A DNA stretch of 64,000 nt from Mobula hypostoma (lineage: Eukaryota), in assembly GCF_963921235.1 (NCBI RefSeq), contig NC_086097.1, positions 204,292,001 to 204,356,000 on the forward strand. Reading direction: 5' to 3'. The position numbers and the translations under genes were made by a program. The notes beneath the pieces were generated by a model that did no database searches, was not told where the DNA came from, and saw only the letters and a program-made list of their open reading frames with translations. This document shows, piece after piece, positions 11,898 to 23,529 of the stretch. How positions within the stretch are numbered: the first letter of the stretch is position 1; every line of letters starts with the position of its first letter.

Positions 11898-14800
11898 AAG
11901 ACGAAGAATACCCCTTGAGTCTGCGAGGGCGGGGGCACAAGATGGCTCACTGACAGACTACACGGTAGTAGACCTAGGAATGGAAACGATGATGAAACAG
12001 ACAACTAGCACGGTGTTTGACAGAGCAGCAGCGCCAGCAGGACACAAACTACAATGCTGCGTCTGTGGCTGGACAAAGATAACACCAGAGAGGGGCTTAA
12101 GATCCACCAGGGCAGGGAAAAGGTGCCAGAGGGAGCTCTGCGAGGGGCCTCGCATTGACTGTTACCTTCTAAGAGGTAGAACAAATCAGTCGAGTGAAGC
12201 CCAGTGGCAGGACAAACACCACAGTCCACAGGGTATCAGCACCCCAGGCGAAGCTCAGCCAAGCACAGATCCACCAACGGACACAAGTTCAGAGCCCAAT
12301 CAGCCACAGCCAGCAGCAGAAAGGAAGATGAAAGGATGGAAGCCCCAAATCTTGTGGCCTAAATCCTGCCAGAAGAATGAGTGGGAGATCATCACCACAG
12401 ACCTAGTCCATCTTCTAGTTGAAGGACTGAAGGGAAGTGTGGAAAGAAAACTGGAGAACTGGGGACACGCTATATACAGCTATGGGGTAGAGAGATTTGG
12501 AGTGAAAAAACAGAGGACACAGAAGGAACCTTCAGTCCAGCCTAAGTCTAGGAGACAGCAGGAAATTGAAAGACTGTTGAAGGAAAGGAGACAGCTGAGG
12601 AAACAGTGGAGAAGTCCACAGAAGGGGAAAGGAAAGGACTTGAAATAAAGCAGCACTTGACAAAGCTGCAAAGAGCAGAATGTTTGAGAAAACAACATAA
12701 GAGGAAAGAACAGGTGAGGGCAAGCTTTTACAGAGATCCTTACAAGTTCATCAAAAGCCTCTTTGGCAAGGAGAAGAACAGGGTCCTTAGAGTACCTGTG
12801 AGGGAACTGGAGGAGCACCTGAGGAAGACTCACTCTGATAATCAGGGGCATGAGCCAGTCACCATTCCGAATGACATGCCACCAATCCACCAACCCGAGC
12901 ACCAGATGGACATAAGGCCCCCTACATGGAGGGAGGTGGAAAGTAAAGTTAAATGAGCAAGATCAGCATCAGCTCCAGGGCCCAATGGCGTCCCGTATAG
13001 GCTCTATAAGAACACCCCTGCGTCCTGAAATACCTCTGGAATGTAATGAAGGTGGAACGGGGGAAAGGAATTATATCTAAACATGGCAAAGGGCGGGAGG
13101 GATACCAATTCCCAAAGAGACGAATTCCTCAACAATCAGACAGTTCCACCAGATCAGTCTCCTGAATGTGGGAGGAAAGATCTTCTTTGGTGCCATAGTT
13201 CAAAGACTCTCAACCTTTTTGCAGAGCAACAACTTCATTGACGCATCAGTGCAGAAAGCAGGAATACGTGGTTTCCCAGGATGTCTGGAACAGACAAATG
13301 TCATCTAGCACCAGATACAAACTGCCAAGAAAGAAAAGAAAGACCTGCATGTGGTCTTCCTAGATCTTGCCAATGCTTTTGGGTTGGTGCCTCACGAGAC
13401 TCTGCGGGCAGCTTTCAGCTTTTTCTGGGTTCCAGAGGGCATCACAAAGCTGGTCAAAGCGTACTTCCAGGATCTGCAGTTCTGTGTCACAACACAAGAT
13501 AACACCACAACATGGCAGCACCTTCGGACAGGCATAATGGCGGCTGGACCATCTCTCCTCTGGCATTTATCATGGCAGTGGAGCTCATTACCCGAGCATC
13601 ACAATGGGTGGTCGGAGGGAAATGCTTGAAGAATGGGCTGCATCTTCCTCAAATCAGGGCACACATGGATAACATGACCACAATAACAACAAAAAAAGCA
13701 TGCACCAAATGCCTGCTGGATAAATTCCAGGGAAACATCAAATGGGCACAAATGGAGATCAAACCCAGTAAGTCTCGCAGTATCTCAATTGTCAAAGGCC
13801 GGCTCACCGACATAAGGTTTTGTATCAATGCTAAGCCAATACCAACTGTCCTGGAGAAGTCCGTCAAAAGCCTCAGATGTTGGTACAGCGCAGACCTCAG
13901 AGACACAGAGCAGCTGGAACAACTAAGGCAGGATACAATCAGTGACCTCAAGCTAATCAACAACACGGCTCTCCCAGGGAGGGTTGAAGCTTTGGGGCTT
14001 TCAGTTTGGACTGCTGCTCTGACTTATATGGCCAATTACCGTCTACGAGGTCACTATGTCTCATGCAAATCGGCTGGAGAGGCTGGTGAACTCACATGTG
14101 AGGAAGTGGCTTAGGCTACCATGATGCCTTAGCAGCATAGGACTTTATGGGAACAGAGCCCTTTCTCTGCCAATTTCTAGCCTGGTGGAGGAAAACAAAT
14201 GTGCCAAAGCAAGGCTGGAAATGAACCTCAAAATCTTGGGACCCAATCATAAGAGGCGTTTCTCCTGCTCTAGCAACAGGGAAGAAATGGACTCCAGCCG
14301 CAGCAGTACTGGACACAGAAGCCACCCTCCGATGCTGGGACATAGTGGGCTATGTCCAACACGCTGAGGAGGCTTTGGCCTTGGAGTGATGAAACCTACC
14401 TGGCAAAAGGCTACTACAACTGAACGCCGGCACCTGGTGGTGGAGGAGGTGCGACACCAAGAAGCAGCAGCCAGATGTGCCAAAGCAATATCCCAAGCCA
14501 AGCAAGGCTGCTGGATGGGGTGGGAAGGTGTTGAGAGGAGGAAAATCACATGGACTGAGCTGTGGAGCATGGAGTCAAACGGATTGAGCTTCATCATCTT
14601 ATGATGTCTTGCCTTCTCCTACAAACCTAAATCTTTGGCTGGGAGAGGATCCAGCCAGTCTTCTGTGCGCAGTTCCAGCATCCCTCAAGCACATCGTGGT
14701 TAGTTGCAAGACCAGCCTGATACAAGGCAGATAGACCTGACGACACAACCAAGTGCTGAGGTGTTTGGCAGCTGAACTTGAGGGTAGGAGAGTAACCACC

Positions 14801-15491
14801 AACACCAGGCCTCTCAATGCCCAGACAACGGTCCACACAACTACCATCCTTCATCCGGGAAGGAGAGAAACCGGGGGCTAACCCCTTGCCTCACGACTCA
14901 TGCCCACTGAGTGCAGCCAGGGACTGGGAAATGCATGTTGATTCAGGCCAGAAACTTACCTTCCCATTTGCAATTGCAACACCAACCTACAGCCCGACCT
15001 GGTCCTTTGGTCCTGTCGGCGTGTCTTTTTCATTGAGCTGACAGTCCCCTGGGAGGACGCTATGGCTGAGGCTTACGAACGGAAAAGGCTGCGATATGCC
15101 AACCTTGCAGTTGAAGCAGAGGAGCAAAGCTGAAACGTAAAAGTGCGCCCAGTTGAGATGGGGTGCAGGGGATTTGTAGCCAGTTCCACCGTAGGGCTGC
15201 TGAGGGAAGTAGGAGTCAGAGGGCAGGCCCATAGGAAGGCAATCAAAGCACTTGCTAATGCCGCCGAAATGAGCAGTCACTGACTGTGGCTGAAAAGAAG
15301 GGATGCTGTCTGGGCTACCAAGTGACCATCTAAAGACTAACCATGTGACATACACCCAGGTCTGATCAGCCTATAGTGGGCCTGCCTCGGCTGAGGGTGT
15401 CTTGTGATAAAAGGCCAAAACACCCAGTGATGTCGAGGTACACAACTGAAGATGCGTCGTAATGGTAGTAACATCATCTAGTGGTCATCTT
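11898..15491 (+). mobile_element. HERO-clade (restriction-like endonuclease) non-LTR retrotransposon, near full length, frameshifted
   Basis: N-terminal CVCGW zinc finger; RT motifs SAPGPNGVPY, VFLDLANAFGLVPH, TISPLAF, AHMDN; CCHC relic; RHNQVL; PDLVLWS..IELTVPWED..EAYERKRLRY; possible degenerate TSD TATGAAAACTTC (11886-11897) / TATGAACTACTTC (15492-15504). Confidence 0.88.
15384..15458 (+). ncRNA. Candidate rearranged hammerhead ribozyme with kink-turn (G12>A, probably inactive copy)
   Basis: GUC 15399-15401, AAAA in place of GAAA 15417-15420, CUGAAGA 15446-15452; stems described under findings. Confidence 0.65.
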
Positions 15492-15907
15492 TATGAACTA
15501 CTTCCACTCAAGTCAAGTGCAGTGCATAAACTTTAGTGATTGTAACATCCAGACCTATTAATCAAACGTGGATTTCCTTTCTCTATTTCATGAAGATATA
15601 AATATTGAAATTAGATGATGCTACAAGTTAGTGAGGGAATTAGGACTGAGCTTCAATAATATATCAGATAATCTGTATTATAAATAAGTGTCACTTTTCT
15701 GGAATAACTGAAATTTAACACAAAGAATGCTTAAAGAGAAGCCATAGGGTATAATTTGTGTTCTGATCTTGATACCAGCCACAATTTATTCTTGACTTCT
15801 TTGCTGATGACTTATCTGGTTGACTGCCTGATCAGATGATGATTCAAATCTTAAAATTCTCACTTGAGCCTCTTTTAATAATATATGAAAAAGCTTTGAG
15901 CAGAAAC

Positions 15908-16380
15908 AAGCAAGCTTATTCGTATAGCACTTTTCAAGCACAAGGCAATTCTAAGTGCATTACATAGAACAAGATATAAAAATCAAACATCAAATTTCAG
16001 AAAATAAAATCACTCAAAAATAGATATTGTAAATAGAAGTTACAGCGCAGGAGATTCTAATCAGCACAAAGAAACGTTTTTAGCCTCGATTTAAGAGCTT
16101 AAAGTTGGGGCAGACTTCTGATCCTCTGGAAGGTTATTCCAGATATGTGGAGCATAGGAGCTAAAAGCTGCTTCACCATGTTCAGTTTTGACCCCGGGGA
16201 TGGTGAGCAGACCCATCCCAGATGACCTGAGAGCTCAGAAGGTTCATAAAGCAGCAGGAGATCGGAGATGTATTTTGGCCCCAGACCATTCAGTGCTTTA
16301 TAAACCAGTAGTAATACTTCGAAGTCAATCCTCTGATGGACAGGAAGCCAGTGTAGCAATCTGAGAACTGGAGTGATCAC
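15908..16380 (-). mobile_element. L2 LINE 3' end
   Basis: ITPVLRLLHWLPVHQRIDFEVLLLVYKALNGLGPKYISDLL, a typical L2 C-terminus; 3' UTR with short (CTTG)n tail. Confidence 0.85.
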
Positions 16381-17399
16381 AGCACCAGGTAGGGAACACT
16401 GATCTTGCCATTATTATTGTGCAGGTTTATTCTTGATAGCAGTTCAAATGATAAGATTATCAGAACTTATTGACTTATGTGATCTTTTGCTCGTTATGAA
16501 TACATGTTACCTGTAGCAATTGAAAGGATTTCAGCCAATTTAATACTAATATTGTTCTCAATATTCACTTACAAAGCTGAGTACTTGAAGATTAAAGCAC
16601 ATTCAAATCACCATTTGTTTTGTTCTGGTATTTTCAAGAAAATACTGTACTGTATTACTGTGAATTTTTGTGCATTATTATTGCAAACTAACCGTCATTG
16701 GGCTGGCTTTTAAATAATTACTCTACTGTATAAATGAATTGTGTTAATTTTTGTCATTTTTAATTTCTGATTTTAATTTTAATTTCTGACTTCGTTATTG
16801 ATGTGGACGACACAAAGCTGCTGCATTTTGTGCATATTGGTACTTAGTGGAGAACAATGTTTCAACATAACACATGGATCTAATCTGACAGGCTTTATTT
16901 CCAATCAATAGATGTTTGTTCCATAAGCGTGCAGTACAGCAGATGTGTAGGTTTTAAACTTCCATTATTCATACTGCATCGTTTGTAATGTTACAAGGAA
17001 GCAGCAAGAAAATTAACCCTTTGTTCCTTTCCTCTCCAAACATGCTATAGTTAATACTGTATATTAGCTTTGAAAATGAAACAGTGTTATTAATACACTT
17101 ACCATTATTATTCTTCCTAAAGGAATTAATGGAATGCGGTGAAGGGGTAATAAAATGCATTGCAAAACTCAATGCAAGGAAAGCTGTAAGGTAATTGTAA
17201 AGTTTCTTAATTTAATTGCAGAAATAAATTTTAAAGGTTGCAAGCTACAGAATTTTAACTTGAAAAATGAAAGATTTTCGTAAGTGATGTGTTTAAAAAA
17301 AAGAAAGCAATATTTCAATAGACCATCAAGCACAGACATCAGAGCAGAATCACACCATTCAGCCCATTGAATGACTCAAATATAAAACATTGCTCGAGG

Positions 17400-18250
17400 T
17401 GGGAAGATGAAGCACATCAACTCCTACCTGAGAAGCGAATGAGATCTACTCCGAGTTGCCTCCTAGAATAACAGGTCCACAGGAATGGCATTTCATTGGT
17501 TCTTCACTCAACCCTGGAACATCAGGACAGCAAAGATGTGTATTCTGATGCCGTTTATTGACTACCACTTGGCATTCAAAAGTATTATCTTCCCAAAACT
17601 AATCAATAAGCTTCAAGACCTTGGCCTCAGTATCTCCTTATGCAATTTGGATCCTTGATTTTCTCATCTGTAGGCACCAGTCAGTTCAGATTGGCAACAA
17701 CACCTCCTCCATGATCTCCATCAGCACAGGTGCACCACAAGATTGTGTTCATAACTCTCTGCTCTACTCATTTATATTTATGACCATGAGGTAAGCACAG
17801 CTCCAATGCCATATTTAGGTTTGCTGATGACATCACTGTCGTTGGCTGATCAAAGGTGATCTGGCTGAGTGGTGCCATAACCTCTCACTCAATATCAGCA
17901 AGACCAAGGAACTAATTATTGACTTCATGAGGAGGAAACCAGAGGTCCATGAGCCAGTCCTCATCAGGGGATCAGAGATGGGGAGGATCAGTGATTTTAA
18001 ATGCCTCAGTGTTATCATTTCAGAGGATCTGTCTTGGGCCGAGCATGTAAGTGCAACTACAAAGAAAGCGTAGCAGCACCTCTATTTCCTTAGAAGTTTA
18101 TGAAGATTCACATGACATTTAAAACTATAGATTCACACATTTGTTGCTTGTCCTGTTGGGTGCAGCCTTTTATCGATTCTATTGTGTTTCTTGGATGTCC
18201 GCAAGGAAAGGAATCCCTGGGCTGTATAAGGTGTAAGGTGAGATCTATTT
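17400..18250 (+). mobile_element. Rex1/Babar RT fragment, decayed
   Basis: [23 protein letters not shown] and KTKELIIDF motifs across frameshifts. Confidence 0.8.
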
Positions 18251-19329
18251 ACTTTGAAATAATAATTAAAAATATTGTCACTTTACTAAGATAGAGACTT
18301 AATCAAGTATTTTATAAAATAAATCCCATAAACTTACACAGTTGTTACTTACATATTCTATTTTGGTACCAACATAACTTTGCCACTTGCTTTCTTTTGG
18401 GAGATACAGTGGTGAGATTCAAGATAAATATCACTATCAGCAAAAAAAATTGAAAATACCTTTTTGCCAAAAGGTTCTGTTTAAAAATAGAAACACTGTA
18501 GACCAGTAAAACTCTAATAAAATGAACAGCCACAGTGAGCCACAACTGACAAAAAAAAACACATTTTGACATTATGACCTTGACCTAAAGAAATAAATGG
18601 TTCCCATTACTAGCTTTCACCATGTGAACTGGAAAGCAGCAGTGAGTGGAAACTGGGCTGGGAGATCAGGTTCTGTTCCATATTGACCATAAACAAACTG
18701 AGACCTAGATGAGGCAGCTATCAACAAAGGGAAAGTGAGGCACAGAGTGGCTTCTTTCCACAAATTAAAAAGATATACATGAGAAGTAGAGTCAAGGGTA
18801 GACAACATGGCCCTTTGTATCTGTTCTGATTTTAAGTCTACACACGACAGATCTTTTCCCTCCATGTCACTTTACTTCATTAACCCCTTAGGACAGGGAG
18901 GAGAAGAATGCTTTATCACCTGGGAGGCAGTGAATCTTTGGAATTCCTGACACAAGTGAGCTGTTCAAGATATACTGAGAAACAAGGGACTAGTGATTCC
19001 AAATCCTAATACAATTGTAAAGTCACAATATGAGGGATTGTGCAGTGTTTTTTTAAAAATTAGAAGCTGTAGGCTCTGAACATATCATTTTAAAAACTCT
19101 TAGATCCTTAGAACTAAAAGCTTTCATTTCTCTAACAAGATGAAAATCCAGAAATTATCATTGATTAAAACCATGGATACAATATTTAATATAGGTTCAC
19201 CCAAGTCTTCATTATATGGATTTCACATGTTCATATCTGAGCAGTTGCCATATCTCCAACAGTGATGTTAAAATTAATTGTGGGGCTATCTCTGGTAGAC
19301 ACAAATTAATAAGTAGCAGCTCTGCACTG

Positions 19330-19545
19330 AGAGTCATAGAGCAAAACAGCACAGATACTATACTGATCAGTCTGCCCAGCAGTCCACACTGACCATGGTG
19401 CCCACCCAGCTAGTCTCAAGTTTCCTGAATTTGGTCCAAATCCTCTCTGATCTGCCCCTCCACGTACTTACCTAGCTCTTTCTGAATTGATACTATTATA
19501 CCTGCCTTAACCATTTGTTCTGACAGCTTGTTCCACATACTCACC
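19330..19545 (-). mobile_element. CR1 3' end, decayed
   Basis: Reverse complement resembles the CR1 3' UTRs elsewhere in the window. Confidence 0.55.
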
Positions 19546-19546
19546 A

Positions 19547-22330
19547 ATTGTGCTCATCATGAGGGCAAGTGCATAGCACACAAGGATACCAGCAGCATGC
19601 AGCCTATTCAACTGAATTTTATTGATAACACTGCTTGTCCAATATGTGAGCTCCGCCCATGTAGGGGTGGCTAACTGAGTGGCATAGGATTAACCCATTA
19701 ACTACCATAATATCTTCCCTTCTTGAAAAAAAAGAGAAACAAAACATGTACTTCTTGTCTAGAGAACTGCATTCAAATTATAGTCACTGAAGTTGCGTGA
19801 TTCAGTTCATTTTACTCAGAATATGTAACTTATGCTCCTTACGTAAACATAAAAAAGAATTTCAAACATTATAACGGTCTTTCTCTTTGTTTTTAATAGT
19901 CCCCCTCTCTCTTTATTTTCATCCTTTTTAAAAATTCACTAAATCTAATGGAGGTCGGGGTAGACTAAAGAGAAGAGAAGATGGTGACGCGACGCAGCGC
20001 GCAGCGGCCACTCTAGAATGAATATCTGTTATTTGTTAAGTATGATGCTGTGCACAATCCTGATTTGATGGAGACGGACGTGAGAAGCACGGAAGAACAT
20101 CTGGTGAAACTTCTGAAATGCCTGTTTCATTGCCGCTGCTACTGTGCGATCCTGAATCTCCAGAGGGGAAGGCCCTGAATCCTTGGCTTTGCCTGTTGCT
20201 TGGCAGCTGGGGCTGAGGTTGAAGCGCTCGGCAGAGATGGTGCTCGGTGCTCGGTGTCAGAGTGCTGGTCGGAGGCTCGAAGTTTTCGGACGGACTCAGA
20301 GTCGGCTGTGGTCGTGTGCTTCCAGGGTGCTGCATCGGCAAGTTTGCGGCGCTGGAGGTTCATGGCAGGGAGAGTTTTTCTTCCTTCTACTGTCTGCGTG
20401 AGATGATGGGGCTATCGGGACTTTGAGACTTTTTTTTACCGTACCCATGGTCTGTTCTTTATCAAGTTATGGTATTGTTTCACACTGTTGTAACTATATG
20501 TTATAATTATGTGGTTTTTGCCAGTTTTAGTCTTGGTCTGTCTTGTGTTTCTGTGATATCATACTGGAGGAACATCGTATCATTTCTTAATGCATGCATT
20601 ACTAAATGACAATAAACGAGGACTGAGTGTCCTCATAATCTAATCTAACAACCTGAACACTCTGGCAAAGTGAGAGGATTATGCTGCCTCTTTATTCACT
20701 TGCCCTTAGCTATTAGGCTATGGAGTATTTCTCTGTGGTGGAACAGATAAACGACTGCATCTGGTGTCGGCTCCTGGAAGTGTTAGAGCGGATGGAGATT
20801 CCTGAACAGGTGCATCCACCTCAGGTAAGTGGTCCTCATCATAAAGATCAGGCCACTCTATTTCATCTTCTATCTTTCGTGGATCATGCATGTTCTTTGT
20901 TTTCTCACACTGTGTTTTTAAAAAATTTCTCATTTTGTCTAAGTCCGGTATGTGTGGTTAGAGAAGGGAAGGAAGAACAGGCAGGCTTGTTCTCAGTCTC
21001 TGGCCCATTGACAGCTCTGATGGTCTGTCTGTAGCCATTCACAAGAGCTGTGCAGTGATAAGGTAGCAGTCTTTTGCCTTCAGTAGGAGACTCTTAACAG
21101 TTTGCACTGCTCTTTCTGCTTCTCCATCTGCCTGTGGGTACTGTGGACTGCTTGTCTGGTGTTTGAACTCATAGTCCCGAGTAATGGCTTTGAATTCTGA
21201 GCAGCTGAATTGTGGACTATTGTCTGACAGAAGTGTCTCTGGTATTCCATGGCAAGCAAATACAGCTTTCAGGTGCTGTATAACTGCTACTGAGAATGTA
21301 GAGGACAGCTTGGACACCTCAACGTTCTGTGAATAGTAATTCACAGTGAGAAGATATTTGTCATTTTTCACTTAGAAAGTGTCTGTGCCTGCAATTTGTC
21401 ATGGAAAGTCTGGGAATTCTGTGGTACAGAGAGGTTCAACATGATTTTTGCGCAGTTTTCTGCATACTTCATATTGCATTACATGATCTCCCAGCTGTGG
21501 GCTCAGGTCAGGCCACCACACGAAATATTGATCTCTTAGGTGACATTTTTCGATGCATTGATGTCCTTGGTGGATTTGACTGATGATTTTGGAGTGCATA
21601 GAAGCAGGAATGAGTCTGGATTCCAGAGAGTGGTGAGTTTTTTTCAAGCCAGTGAGATCTGAGTTTGTGAGCTCCTTTAGGAACAGCTGGCCATTCATGC
21701 TCACAGTATTGCATAACCCTGCTGCAGATTTGATTCATTTTTAACTCAGCATGAATTTTGTCCAGTTTCCGCTGTGATGCAAGAAAGCTTTCATGTACCT
21801 GAGCTAAGTAGATGATGGTATCTTCCATGAGGGTAGAGTCAGCTACCGTCCACTCACTTTGCAAGGCAACCTTGACATGTCTGGTGTTTGAGGACAGTTG
21901 GTGGTCTAAGAACTTCACCTCCAACTTTGCCAATTTGCATTTCTTTTTGTTCTGGGTGATACGAGCCTGTTTCAGTTTCCCTGAGGCAATTTCCACTGTT
22001 GTCATGTTCCTTACTTGAGCCTCCGAAGATGAATAAATCATCCATGTGGCAGACCACTTCTTCTCGTCCCTCCAATATATGGTTCATCCTCATCTGAAAG
22101 AGTTCAGGGGCTATTGTGATGCCAAAAGGGAGTCTCTTGAAGGCATAGCATCCAAATAGTGTGAAAAAGGTTGTGAGTTTCTGTGACTCAGGAGCTAAAT
22201 GGATCTGCCAGAACCCTGAGTTTGCAACCAGTTTGGTGAAGACCTTTGATCCACCCAGTATAGCCAATGTGTGCTCAAGAGAGGGCAGAGTAAACTTCTC
22301 CTACCTCACTGCATCATTTAATTTTGTTAG
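19547..22330 (-). mobile_element. Gypsy LTR retrotransposon relic (RT, integrase, PPT, probable 3' LTR); RNase H missing
   Basis: RT SGFWQI..KRLPFGI..VCHMDD (21854-22267); HHCC relic (21399-21704); integrase GIPETLLSDNSPQF..PQADGEAERAVQTVK (21039-21371); PPT AAGAAGGGAAGA at 19713-19724. Confidence 0.85.
19970..20648 (+). mobile_element. Non-coding non-autonomous retroposon (~680 bp) inserted in the Gypsy relic
   Basis: CpG-rich head AAGATGGTGACGCGACGCAGCG, AATAAA and (TAATC)n tail; homologous copy at 22610-23193. Confidence 0.75.
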
Positions 22331-22470
22331 ATCAACACAGATCCCCACTCATCCTTCTAAATTCCAACGAGTACAGACCCAGAGCCATCAAACATTCCTT
22401 GTATGATAACACATTCATTTCTGGAATTATCCTTGTGAATCTCCTCTGAACACACTCCAACGCCAGCACT
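22331..22470 (-). mobile_element. CR1 ORF2 C-terminal fragment
   Basis: LECVQRRFTRIIP..LGLYSLEFRRMSGDL. Confidence 0.8.
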
Positions 22471-22609
22471 TCTCCGTAGGTGCTGTCTGACCTGCTGGGT
22501 TTCTCTAGTATTTTCTCCTGTGAATAAATACAGTTGACTCCGTTTTTTTGAAGGAAGAAATCGATCAGATTTATGGACAAAATGGAACTTCCTGATGCAA
22601 TATTAGCCC

Positions 22610-23193
22610 TCCGGTGAAAAATGATATCGTATCTGTTAAATAGGGGCCGTGGACAATTCTGATTTGACGGAGAATGGATGTGAAAACACAGAGGAACATC
22701 TGGAGAAATTTCTGAAACGCCCGTTCACTGCTGTTGTTACTGTGTGGTCGTGAATCTAAAGGAGGGTAGGCCTCAAAATCCCCGGCCTTGCCTGCTTTTG
22801 GCGACTGAGAAGGAGGTTGAATCGTTTGGACAGAGATGGCGCTCAGTACTCGGTGTTGGAGAGCTGATCAGAGCTCGAAGTTTTCGGATGATTCAGAGTC
22901 GGATTGTGGTTGGCATGGCAGGGAGAGTTTTCCTCCCTTCCCCCCTCTGCGTGAGATGTGGGACATTTGAGAAACTTTGAACTTTACTGTGCTCACGGAC
23001 TACTTCATCAAGTTATGGTATTGTTACACTGTTTGTAACTATATGTTATAATTATGTGGTTTTGTCAGTTTTTTCAGTCTTGGTTTGTCCTGTGTTTTTG
23101 TGATATCACAATGGAGGAAATAATGTATAATTTCTTAATGCATGCATTACTAAATGACAATAAAAGAGGACTACGTGTCTTCATAATCATAAT
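22610..23193 (+). mobile_element. Second, 5'-truncated copy of the non-coding retroposon at 19970
   Basis: Shared blocks GAACATCTGG, CTCGAAGTTTTCGGA, ATGCATGCATTACTAAATGACAATAAA and a (CATAAT)n tail. Confidence 0.75.
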
Positions 23194-23194
23194 A

Positions 23195-23522
23195 CTATAA
23201 GATATAAAAGCAGAATTAGGCCATTTGGCCCACTGAGTCTGCTCCATCATTTCACCATTTCATTTATACATAAAGACTTGGCCTCCACAGCTGCCTGTGG
23301 CAAAGAATTCTACATATTCACCTCTCTCTGCCTAAGAAATTCTTCATCTGCATTCTAAATAGACACCCCTCTATTGTGAAGCTGTGTCCTCTGTGTCCCT
23401 CATCATTAGAAACATCCTCTCCACATCCACTCTATCAAAGCCTTTCATCATTTGATAGGTTTCAATGTGGTAACCCTTATTCTTCTAAATTCTAGTGAAT
23501 CCAGGCCCAGAGCCATCCAACA
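23195..23522 (-). mobile_element. CR1 3' end
   Basis: Reverse complement matches the 5300-5700 CR1 region. Confidence 0.75.
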
Positions 23523-23529
23523 CTTTTAA

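Noticed and set aside
15361..15456. Superficial likeness to a SAM-I riboswitch (AUC...K-turn...CUGAAGAUG)
   Set aside because: No P3 helix or GCAAC-type SAM-binding elements, and the context is eukaryotic; the hammerhead model explains the pairings in both copies better.
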